This document shows, piece by piece, positions 20,701-25,396 of a DNA stretch of 64,000 bases (position 1 is the first letter of the stretch; every line of letters begins with the position of its first letter). A model generated the notes under the pieces. That model did no database searches, was not told the DNA's origin, and saw only the letters and a program-made list of their open reading frames with translations. Made by a program: the position numbers and the translations under genes. Source of the stretch: Bacteroidales bacterium (GTDB lineage Bacteria; Bacteroidota; Bacteroidia; Bacteroidales; ML635J-15); the NCBI GenBank assembly GCA_017551515.1, contig JAFZLK010000101.1, forward strand, positions 4,335-68,334. Direction: 5' to 3'.

Positions 20701-21438
20701 CGGCTTGTGAATAGAACTACTGCTTGTGCATGAAAGAGCTCCGACAATGCCACCCACATAGTTGGCGCCGGAAACACTACCTGCTGTACCGCACATGTCA
20801 ATAGTCACATAAGATGCTATACCCGCAATACCTCCAGCATACGAATCAGCCGAAGATGCTGAAACATTACCATTAAATGTACAATTGACAATCTTGGCAT
20901 TCCTATGATATGTGGAACTGCTGGAATATCCGCAGATATATCCGCACACACCACCAACATACTGCGTACCAGAGACATTCGACTCAACATTTATGTCACG
21001 AATAACGATGTCATCACCTTCAGCATCCTTATTTGACCTTACATAACCAAACAGACCTCTGTACGAACCGCTCGTGCGGAAATTCTTGATTGTACAATTA
21101 TTACCGTTCACACTTCCTCGGAAAGGTGTTATCACGGACGAACTTGTCCAGTAACCGATTGGAATCCAAGTGTTTCCTCCAAGATCTATTTCTACTGGAT
21201 TAGACGGGTCACTACCAATATTGATAGTTTTTTCAGCAAAATCAACCCCACCATCCTTCACCAACCACGACAAACCTGCAAGTTCATCTGCAGTACTTAT
21301 AGTATACTCCGTTGCACTCTCATTGCCAGTGTACCACGAAATATCCGTTGATACACCATCCCAAGCGCTCTGTGAAAAAGCGTTTGCTGCACACAAAATC
21401 TGCGCTAAAGCACATAATAGTATAAATTTATATCTCAT
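11800..21438 (-). CDS. Giant (3212 aa) secreted surface protein with six GLUG-motif repeat modules and a type-A T9SS C-terminal sorting domain
   Basis: It has a signal peptide. Six modules each open with a pattern like ..L..FRDAVN.G..G.Y.G..N..GF.G..F.LT...WxPIG...PFxGxFDG....I.NL......GLFGY. Each module then has many [YV]VGGI[AC]GY (GLUG-like) beta-helix rungs and ends in N[YF]YD[KN]QR. The C-terminus (VFPNPFRSEIMLSL...TYTIRVSTAEFVINKRIVKQ) is a T9SS CTD. Confidence 0.9.
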   Translation of the reverse strand: MRYKFILLCALAQILCAANAFSQSAWDGVSTDISWYTGNESATEYTISTADELAGLSWLVKDGGVDFAEKTINIGSDPSNPVEIDLGGNTWIPIGYWTSSSVITPFRGSVNGNNCTIKNFRTSGSYRGLFGYVRSNKDAEGDDIVIRDINVESNVSGTQYVGGVCGYICGYSSSSTYHRNAKIVNCTFNGNVSASSADSYAGGIAGIASYVTIDMCGTAGSVSGANYVGGIVGALSCTSSSSIHKPILQNCVNSAKVVGRNLYVGGIAGNIKYSTLQYNVNGGNVSGTSQYTGGIVGHCTSTCSVRYCLNSGTVNQGGAISGGGGTLKNCYYDKQRQYEDFPGLFGSDDDVVGDYEGKLTRELTGISPSGISGTNWNADYWSFADGYYPVPKALEISNFAKLASASVTFSNTSSDYYYYNIVDEFNLCGGVSWTSGDPSFITISGSVATLVTPNGYTELTATIGSLTKIVVVNTRIVEYPLTINDFAELQAFRDAINGVVPDYKGAVSSNGFAEYRFKITADIVMDDADWTPIGTSLHPFSGFVDGQDNKISGLNISSSESYRGLFGYILSGTIRNLTVEGNVQGLSYVGGICGYLKGSNGDLVATIQNCHFLGNVRTTSTGSAYVGGVCGYAASYSDIKNSSATGAVESPNQKASYLGGIAGYVYGGGSSSMSQIIKCVNLADVYGNGYVGGIAGYVYRYTDFENNLNAGNIYGKTSTVGGLIGNCANNQASVISYNINAATVNSGSSVIGVFTDNGTIDDNNPPEYNYYDKQRSVLGGMNAADVSGRAEGLTTAEISGTSLDLDALHLGDWTITDGYPIPADFSNEQVKVIAKSTAKFYGDETYKIVGHNISQLTTDGVSWESDNRDIILDNGELGEGGYGNAAFTISKAGYSKKVLVNVAINQNPLEIANYAELVMFRNAVNAGLEGSYKGHANENGFAGVNFKVTDNIDMTDAENSWVAIGTSTNPFRGNFDGGSAEGHTISNMTISASGSYTGLFGYVYPTTTCSTIQNIELSGTISAKSYSGAIVGYAKGTNSTRNVVINNCHFNGTLAAAQYVGGICGYAGVYTTISNCTSAGTKITGSSTNVGGICGYSTGNATTKNVISGCASMSKNLRGTGTVGGIVGYAQNTDVNYNVNAAIVTANNSVVGGIAGNVLDGASLNECLNFITVFDIGKIYGTNAGTVTNCFYDSKHCVLGTNNGVAKTTAEMKALTSSTLNGSEWSFVSGSYPIPINIASHSSAKVACAPVTLGGTDDNQHVRSNYSICIIGDIAWNLTTTPASAAESITISGSDVTVGTDAFSKIVMIASLNGWEKQVTLTNSDFGSELLISSYAELGDFRTAVNNGSSGEYQGVANVDGFSGKTIKLTANLSITANWTPIGTAANPFKGTFDGQGYTISNLRHTSSSTPRGLFGYVENATIKNLNVKTGTGSTILKATTYCGGIVSCATKSTIQDCSFNGDITATSTWIGGIVGKMVSSTVRRCVTAGTIKSSTSNYVGGICGHASFGDAESLIEDCASNMDISGVSSIGGIAGYISNSKVQRCINAGNVSGATNNVGGIVGYETDDMAQVLNNLNAGTVYAGGGVVGFKHPDATVTNNYFDNQRSDLHGIAEVGEDGEPSDTDATGKQTVNLIGTQSLFASGWTETTDMYPVPSAIRTLDATKLAAVPVKLGTQKYNLVTENFNVGVMADLIWESSDDVYVSINQSTGLATVTTSTYNMTTLTAIYNGWKKTAKILKPCTDNPLPIPDVASLKDFRDAVNAGPAGSYMGVPNVGGFTGKNFMLTSASANYDLSGEANWVPIGKSSSYPFNGNFYGAGKNVIGLNVDAPEADNKGLFGYIIGGSISDLNVSGNVSGKSNVGGICGYIKGANSDNYAAINNCTFNGNVTAAVSYAGGIAGYNYYYSNIDTCRVAGAISAATSYAGGITGYSYGNSTSNINRVSSCTNAATVGCDGDYVGGIVGKNTNSRIEYCNNGGNVTGSRYLTGGITANNSTSGGGVFFCISTSLVNEGGAIVGYNQGTATGNFYDKQRTSVKGISTTDGTSSDQSGKAVGLLTEAMTGTSPSGLTGDGWIPLRWTFVDGSYPIPAVIASDDDFAVVTSIPVFLIDNWNTVNTTNSPFTIGDQTSTWGNNNEDYISISGTTATVSHPQELNSVILTPSLNGVSKMIFLCDYSTIPDLNIDNITDLMNFRDAVNNRGTGTYKGVLNNDGYKGVTFILTATIDLTGENWEPIGNTSDKGFSGIFNGNSNEIQNLTIEDYASDYAGLFGYVHGGEINDLKLTNVNIATTGSYVGALCGRIAGTAAANYSPISNCDVSGEVSSTGETNYVGGIVGVVASYANVANCTANVVVNAYSNAGGIAGYVSASNSSKNIIENCVNRGAVTASNNYAGGIVGYFKNDGIIYGCVNRGAVKALAYAGGIVGRMDGADSGNLFCVVDSCRNDNTVNATSSTSYAGGIVGYMYTYSKLKKSANSGAVTAKKYVGGIVASSPMTSHATKRNTITYCTNSATVVGTSTYVGGICGYSTYTDVIYNNNGGNVKTTSTTSTSIGGITGQNTEHSTMLYNISTGTVESKAVTENVLYGNSSTGTASENYYDNQRTKPISANGQNTSDLIGTAPSALTAEGWAENFIFNENMYPMPNGTQNYNEAKLAATPVMFTDTEVYDSVLNNITLYTENSVSWASGDEDHVSTSGAVTLKCSEPANIDLTASLADEDLTLNKIVTLKLAKVKILPVAEMSLHTPYYVWTGVESSYDWGTPDNWLQYDGTKYNYINVSPADNSNVVLIHEDESVCDFVSPVIVADKTLNNVLVEDEFDFNLGGYSLALAGEAIVNGAIIGNVSFEDGASCTGDGYIDGIIKKSGAGLFKFVTGHYDSDRSILLKSAFEFSVEDDDAEVSVHYTTNHDTYSMPDSYSHGGNMGGELDHVSDRDFWHIKTNKAMSNVRLYWRDRETPVINLMAENNDDCELSLMRIAYVTAGGSRWNEVEGETSGSCMEGYIEIPSFGGSSRSSEQEYDITLGSIDGEGKLVLPIELTGFTASCNGNSVDVKWTTASERNNDYFILERSYDAVHFSEAVRITGAGTSIEEHDYAFTDYEYYGGAMYYRLQQVDYDGKRSTSELIVVRCSDYELEPTVSVFPNPFRSEIMLSLANFANMPATVEVFDIMGTLVMTMDIDATGNDYATVLNLDNLSAATYTIRVSTAEFVINKRIVKQ

Positions 21439-21500
21439 AACTATACAATATTTACATAAGACTAATTAAACTATATGTATAATCACATTATAATAAATTG

Positions 21501-21508
21501 CAAATATA
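21501..21508 (-). promoter_or_regulatory. Candidate -7 promoter box (TATATTTG) for the giant surface-protein gene
   Basis: Plus-strand caaatata is TATATTTG on the minus strand, about 63 nt upstream of the ATG at 21438. Confidence 0.4.
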
Positions 21509-21681
21509 CTAATATTCAATTAAATAACAATGTTTTTTGTATTTATTTCAAAAAATACATATATGGGCTAATAAAACGTATGGACACTCCTTATTGGTAA
21601 GACGAAAAAAAAGGAAGGTAAACACAATATGTCATATTAAAATTTAATTATATTAATAATAGACCGTAATAGACTGTAGAC

Positions 21682-21751
21682 AAACGATTTAGTCGTGTAT
21701 AAACGACAAGAAACGACTAATAAACGAAAGTAAACGTTTAAAAACCGACTC
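21682..21751. repeat. Helically phased AAACGA-type repeats (six copies, spacing about 10-11 bp over the last five copies) upstream of the SSB-like gene
   Basis: AAACGA occurs at 21682, 21701, 21711 and 21722, AAACGT at 21732 and AACCGA at 21743. These sit in caaacgattt / aaacgacaag / aaacgactaa / taaacgaaag / taaacgttta / aaaaccgact. Confidence 0.6.
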
Positions 21752-21806
21752 GTGTTTCGAGGTTGCCAGACCTTTGCAGCGGATTTCAAAACGAAGTCCG
21801 AACGAA

Positions 21807-22190
21807 ATGTTTAACAATAAAAATTTTCACGCAATGAAACTAGGCGGACACATAGAAATTGAAGGAAGAATCGGGTCGGTTCCAGAATTGGTAAACGAAA
21901 TGTGCGGGCACAAGCTCGTGCGCTTTGTAATCGCAGTCACCGACAAATACATAAAAAACAATAAATACTCGCAGCACACTCGCTGGTACACGGTAAACGC
22001 ACTAGGCGATACTGCCGAAACTATACTTAAGTCGGACATGCGCATCTGCGACACAATCTGCATCAGCGGACAGTGGTTAATCGACGGGAACAGCGAAGTG
22101 ACAGACAATGGCAACTACAGTTGCGAGATTTTGGCGGAAGATGTTGCTAGCGGATCGAAAGCTTTGGCAAAGGAGTTTAATGTGGCGTAA
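21807..22190 (+). CDS. Divergent SSB-like OB-fold protein (no acidic C-terminal tip)
   Basis: The pattern GRIGSVPEL...RFVIAV....HTRWYTVNALGDTAE...GDTICISGQW parallels the SSB at 24435 (GRLGGEPMV..ARFSIAI...NTQWHNIVAWRKLAE...GNEVMVCGKL). The ORF-track start 21774 is a TTG, so the first ATG (21807) is used; ATG 21834 is also possible. Confidence 0.55.
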   Translation: MFNNKNFHAMKLGGHIEIEGRIGSVPELVNEMCGHKLVRFVIAVTDKYIKNNKYSQHTRWYTVNALGDTAETILKSDMRICDTICISGQWLIDGNSEVTDNGNYSCEILAEDVASGSKALAKEFNVA

Positions 22191-22204
22191 GAAAATTGAA
22201 TTTT

Positions 22205-22864
22205 ATGGATTTGCTTAACGGAGAACCGATTATTGAACTTAGTGGTAAGGAGTTTTTGCCTATTGAGGGGAAAACTTTTGTCCAGCAAGTCGAGGAATTC
22301 TTTCAAAGTCAAGGCGGTGTTGCACATTCGGCATTTGGAGATGTAATACTTGACAAAAAAGGAATAAGAAATGATTTTCATCATGGGATGAGTTCTATTA
22401 AAAGAGCATCCTTTGCCGCAATCAAAGATGTATTGGAATTTGGGATTATTGTTCTGCCGTTAGACTTTTATCATACTAATAATAAGAAGCAGTTAACCGG
22501 TATGATAGCGGCTCCGATAAAAATAAATGAAGAAAGGTATGCTTGTGTTGTTGAGGTAATTGCAAACAAGAGTACGCAAAGACTATACCTACACGAAGCT
22601 TTTTTAATAAAAAACCTCCAGGAGATTGTTGCGACTAGCCCCGTCCATGATAACAATAAAATTACTTCACGGCAACCTCAAGGAGAAACTGCAAAGGTAT
22701 TGCAAAATTATGTAAGTGCAAATAAAAATTTAAACAAAAAACTCCTAGCGGATGTTGCCGATTCCAACGCAGTTCATGGAGATAAAAATCTCGTCACCCG
22801 TCCTCAAGGAGAGATTGCAAAAGTACTACAAAATTATGTAATGGCAAACAAAAACAGCAATTAG
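22205..22864 (+). CDS. Hypothetical protein resembling a polyvalent-protein module (possible BECR-fold/PBECR-like RNase domain) with a duplicated C-terminal tail
   Basis: The pattern IELSGKEF...GDVILDKKGIRNDFHHG...IAAPIKINEERYACVVEVIANKSTQRLYLHEAF matches modules I recall from large Bacteroidota conjugative-element proteins. The C-terminus carries two copies of (T)RxPQGE[TI]AKVLQNYVxANKN. The track start 22196 is a TTG, so the first ATG (22205) is used. Confidence 0.55.
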   Translation: MDLLNGEPIIELSGKEFLPIEGKTFVQQVEEFFQSQGGVAHSAFGDVILDKKGIRNDFHHGMSSIKRASFAAIKDVLEFGIIVLPLDFYHTNNKKQLTGMIAAPIKINEERYACVVEVIANKSTQRLYLHEAFLIKNLQEIVATSPVHDNNKITSRQPQGETAKVLQNYVSANKNLNKKLLADVADSNAVHGDKNLVTRPQGEIAKVLQNYVMANKNSN

Positions 22865-22885
22865 GAATTTAACGAATAGCGAAAA

Positions 22886-23074
22886 ATGATAGACATATTT
22901 GGCATAAATCAAGAAAAAACGTTAGGGAGAATAAAACGATTGATAAAAAGTGGTAAGCTGGTTTACATTAAATCGGCGACCATGCTATCAACACCCGCCA
23001 GCATTGCACATGGAAGCCAGCCTACCGTCCGTGGCGGCGGTACTTCGACTGCAAAAATAACAACAAATAATTAA
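22886..23074 (+). CDS. Small hypothetical protein (62 aa) in the SSB-bracketed cassette
   Basis: It has an ATG start and fits the operon spacing exactly (21-nt and 23-nt gaps). Its C-terminus (..AHGSQPTVRGGGTSTAKITTNN) echoes the tail motif of its neighbours. Confidence 0.45.
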   Translation: MIDIFGINQEKTLGRIKRLIKSGKLVYIKSATMLSTPASIAHGSQPTVRGGGTSTAKITTNN

Positions 23075-23097
23075 CCCCCCAAATAAAAATTAGGCGT

Positions 23098-23673
23098 ATG
23101 AGAAACAATGAAAACTACATTATAAACGAAGTTTTCAATGCAAGGATCGAAGATCAGATAAACGGCACTTTGATGGCTGGATACATCTACGAACTTGGTA
23201 TGCCCGGCAAGATATTGCAGAGCACAGGATTTCCATACGAGCCTATACAGTTGTCGGCGAGACAACTTCTAAGAAAATCTCAGCACACACGACACCCTTT
23301 TAAATTAGAATCAGTACATAACTTGGTAATTGCAATACAACATCCAATCGCCATATTCGCATACGGAGATTCCAACAAGGCACAAAACATAATTACGGAA
23401 CTTCAATATGATGGAAAGAATTTTCTTGTTGGCATACATTTCAATACGCAAAATGCCAACTGTATATCCGTGTCAAACATACGCGGTATATTTCCAAAAG
23501 ACAATCACGAATGGTTAAACTGGATAATACAAGGGAAGACATTATACCTAAGCAAAAATAAGATCCAAAAATTGATAGGTATTCAGGGAATGAATTTCTC
23601 TGAGCCTACCTATCTGGATTTGAATCTCGTTGCAAAAATAGTGAAAAATTTTAAGAATCCAACAAAAAAATAA
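23098..23673 (+). CDS. Hypothetical protein resembling the N-terminal module of conjugative-element/phage polyvalent proteins; paralog A
   Basis: The motifs are LGMPGKILQSTGFPYEPIQLSARQL...HPF...NLVIAIQHPIAIF...NIITELQYDGKNFLVGIHFN...NWIIQGKTLY, and it ends in AKIVKNFKNPTKK. It is a tandem paralog of 23701-24300. Confidence 0.65.
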   Translation: MRNNENYIINEVFNARIEDQINGTLMAGYIYELGMPGKILQSTGFPYEPIQLSARQLLRKSQHTRHPFKLESVHNLVIAIQHPIAIFAYGDSNKAQNIITELQYDGKNFLVGIHFNTQNANCISVSNIRGIFPKDNHEWLNWIIQGKTLYLSKNKIQKLIGIQGMNFSEPTYLDLNLVAKIVKNFKNPTKK

Positions 23674-23700
23674 ATCAACAAAAATGCGAAGATTAAGAAT

Positions 23701-24300
23701 ATGAAAAACAAAGAATACAAAATTATAAACGAAGTTTTCAATGCAAGGCTCGAAGATCAGGTAAACGGGACTTTGATGGCTGGATACATCTACGAACTGG
23801 GTATGCCCGGCAAGATATTGCAAAGCACAGGATTTCCATACGAACCTATACAATTGTCAGCAAGGCAGCTAACTATGAAGTCTGTTGATAAAAATCATCC
23901 GTTTAGTATTGAGGCAGTAAGAAATTTAGTAATTGCTCTGCAAAATCCTATTGGAGTATTTTCCTATGGAGACAAAAGCAAATCCCAAAATGTGATAGTA
24001 GAAATACAGTATCGGAATAAGAATTTTCTTGCCGGTGTACATTTTAACACACTTAATGCCAATTGCATATCAGTATCTAATATAAGAGGATTATTCCCCA
24101 AGGACAACCACGAATGGTTAAACTGGATAGTACAAGGCAAGGCTCTATACATAAATAAAAAAAAGATCCAAAAGTTGATAGATATTCAGGGTATCAATCA
24201 CTCTGAGCCTACCTATCTGGATTTGAATCTCGCTACAAAAATAGTGAAAAATTTTAAGAATCCAACAAAAAATAAAAATAATTATTCAGACAAGATATAA
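23701..24300 (+). CDS. Hypothetical protein resembling the N-terminal module of conjugative-element/phage polyvalent proteins; paralog B
   Basis: By hand alignment roughly three quarters of its residues are identical to 23098-23673. It ends in TKIVKNFKNPTKNKNNYSDKI. Confidence 0.65.
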   Translation: MKNKEYKIINEVFNARLEDQVNGTLMAGYIYELGMPGKILQSTGFPYEPIQLSARQLTMKSVDKNHPFSIEAVRNLVIALQNPIGVFSYGDKSKSQNVIVEIQYRNKNFLAGVHFNTLNANCISVSNIRGLFPKDNHEWLNWIVQGKALYINKKKIQKLIDIQGINHSEPTYLDLNLATKIVKNFKNPTKNKNNYSDKI

Positions 24301-24434
24301 AAAAAGGTTTTCGGACAGCCTGTAAGACGCAAGAACTACAATATAGTAGGTGTCGGGTGCCAATCATCGAAAACCGACTATAAAAATAACAAAAAATTAA
24401 ACACGAAATATTAACAATTTAAATTTTTAAAACT

Positions 24435-24785
24435 ATGGATTCAAGAAATCATGTACAGTTGATCGGTCGTCTGGGTGGCGAGCCGATGGTAAGAGACACA
24501 AAAAGCGGAAAAGTCGCAAGGTTCTCAATCGCAATCAACGAACAGTTCGCTGAAGAAGGACAATCGAGGTCAAACACGCAATGGCACAACATAGTTGCAT
24601 GGAGAAAACTCGCAGAGAAAATCGAATCGTCGTGCCACAAGGGCAACGAAGTTATGGTTTGCGGAAAACTCACAAGCCACAGCTACGAAGACCAGAACAA
24701 GGTAAAAAGGTATGTCACCGAGGTGGTTGCAAGCGAGATTGTCTGCATGTCGAAGACTGAGCAAAAGGAAGTTGCTGTGGCATAG
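24435..24785 (+). CDS. ssb: Single-stranded DNA-binding protein, short form lacking the acidic C-terminal tip
   Basis: Canonical SSB OB-fold pattern: NHVQLIGRLGGEPMVR...KVARFSIAINE......TQWHNIVAWRKLAE....KGNEVMVCGKLTSHSYEDQNKVKRYVTEVVASEI. It is 116 aa and ends ..KEVAVA rather than D-D-x-P-F. Confidence 0.85.
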   Translation: MDSRNHVQLIGRLGGEPMVRDTKSGKVARFSIAINEQFAEEGQSRSNTQWHNIVAWRKLAEKIESSCHKGNEVMVCGKLTSHSYEDQNKVKRYVTEVVASEIVCMSKTEQKEVAVA

Positions 24786-24795
24786 CACCTTGCAC

Positions 24796-24835
24796 GGAAC
24801 GGGACTGCCAATTTACAGCAGTTTCGTTCCTTTCC
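24796..24835 (+). terminator. Hairpin terminator after ssb
   Basis: GGAACGGGACTGC (24796-24808) pairs with GCAGTTTCGTTCC (24818-24830), including two G-U pairs. A TTT follows. Confidence 0.6.
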
Positions 24836-24890
24836 GAAATTTGTTAACAAGTTTTTGCAACAACGAGTACAAAGACAAAAAAATTGAAAT

Positions 24891-24898
24891 TAACTTTG
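24891..24898 (+). promoter_or_regulatory. -7 promoter box TAACTTTG for bcp-recA
   Basis: It matches TAnnTTTG and lies about 20 nt upstream of the bcp ATG at 24919. Confidence 0.6.
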
Positions 24899-24918
24899 TA
24901 ATTTTAACACACACGGCA

Positions 24919-25380
24919 ATGATAACATTGAAAAAAGGCGACAAAGCACCATCGTTCAGCGGAAAGAACCAAAACGATGAAATTATTGGCAGCGAACAGC
25001 TTGCCGGAAAGAAATACATCCTCTACTTCTACCCGAAGGACAACACTCCAGGCTGCACCGCCGAGGCCTGCAACCTGCGCGACAATCACAATTTCTGGAT
25101 GAAGCGCGGATATACAATCATCGGCGTCAGCACCGACTCAACAGCAAGCCACAAAAAGTTCATCGAGAAAAATTCGCTTCCGTTCGACCTCATCAGCGAC
25201 AGCGACAAGGAAATTGTAAACGCTTTCGGCGTATGGGACAAAAAGAAGATGGCTGGCCGCGAATACTACGGAATTTTGCGCACTACTTTCGTTGTTAACG
25301 AAAATGGCATCATTGACGAAGTGTTTACAAAAGTTGACACAAAAAATCACACAGAACAGATAACCAAAGTATTAGAATAA
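24919..25380 (+). CDS. bcp: Thioredoxin-dependent thiol peroxidase (bacterioferritin comigratory protein)
   Basis: [32 protein letters not shown] is the peroxiredoxin active-site motif. The ORF-track N-terminal extension from 24712 crosses a terminator and a promoter and was trimmed. Confidence 0.92.
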   Translation: MITLKKGDKAPSFSGKNQNDEIIGSEQLAGKKYILYFYPKDNTPGCTAEACNLRDNHNFWMKRGYTIIGVSTDSTASHKKFIEKNSLPFDLISDSDKEIVNAFGVWDKKKMAGREYYGILRTTFVVNENGIIDEVFTKVDTKNHTEQITKVLE

Positions 25381-25396
25381 CAAAAAAATTACAGAT

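Noticed and set aside
21541-21575. Apparent inverted repeat around tgttttttgtatttatttcaaaaaatacat, as a candidate invertible-promoter end for the adhesin gene.
   Set aside because: On checking, the long arms are mirror repeats rather than reverse complements, and only a trivial 6-bp stem (gtattt/aaatac) pairs. No partner repeat flanks the promoter.
23071-23853. Two similar antisense ORFs (23071-23265 and 23548-23853, ..VWKSCALQYLAGHT.FVDVSSHQS.VYLIF.PCIENFVYN..). Their similarity to each other looks like conservation.
   Set aside because: Their similarity is a by-product of the sense-strand tandem gene duplication. Both lie fully antisense to better-supported genes.
21540-24835. Interpretation of the SSB cassette as a prophage, ICE or transposon.
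   Set aside because: No integrase, transposase, relaxase, capsid or T4SS genes, no tRNA target, and no flanking direct or inverted terminal repeats could be found. It is kept as an accessory cassette of unknown mobility instead.
24712-24918. 69-aa N-terminal extension of bcp in the ORF track.
   Set aside because: The extension overlaps the ssb 3' end, runs through the ssb terminator hairpin and the TAACTTTG promoter box, and is Arg/Leu/Ser-rich. Peroxiredoxin homology begins at MITLKKGD (24919).
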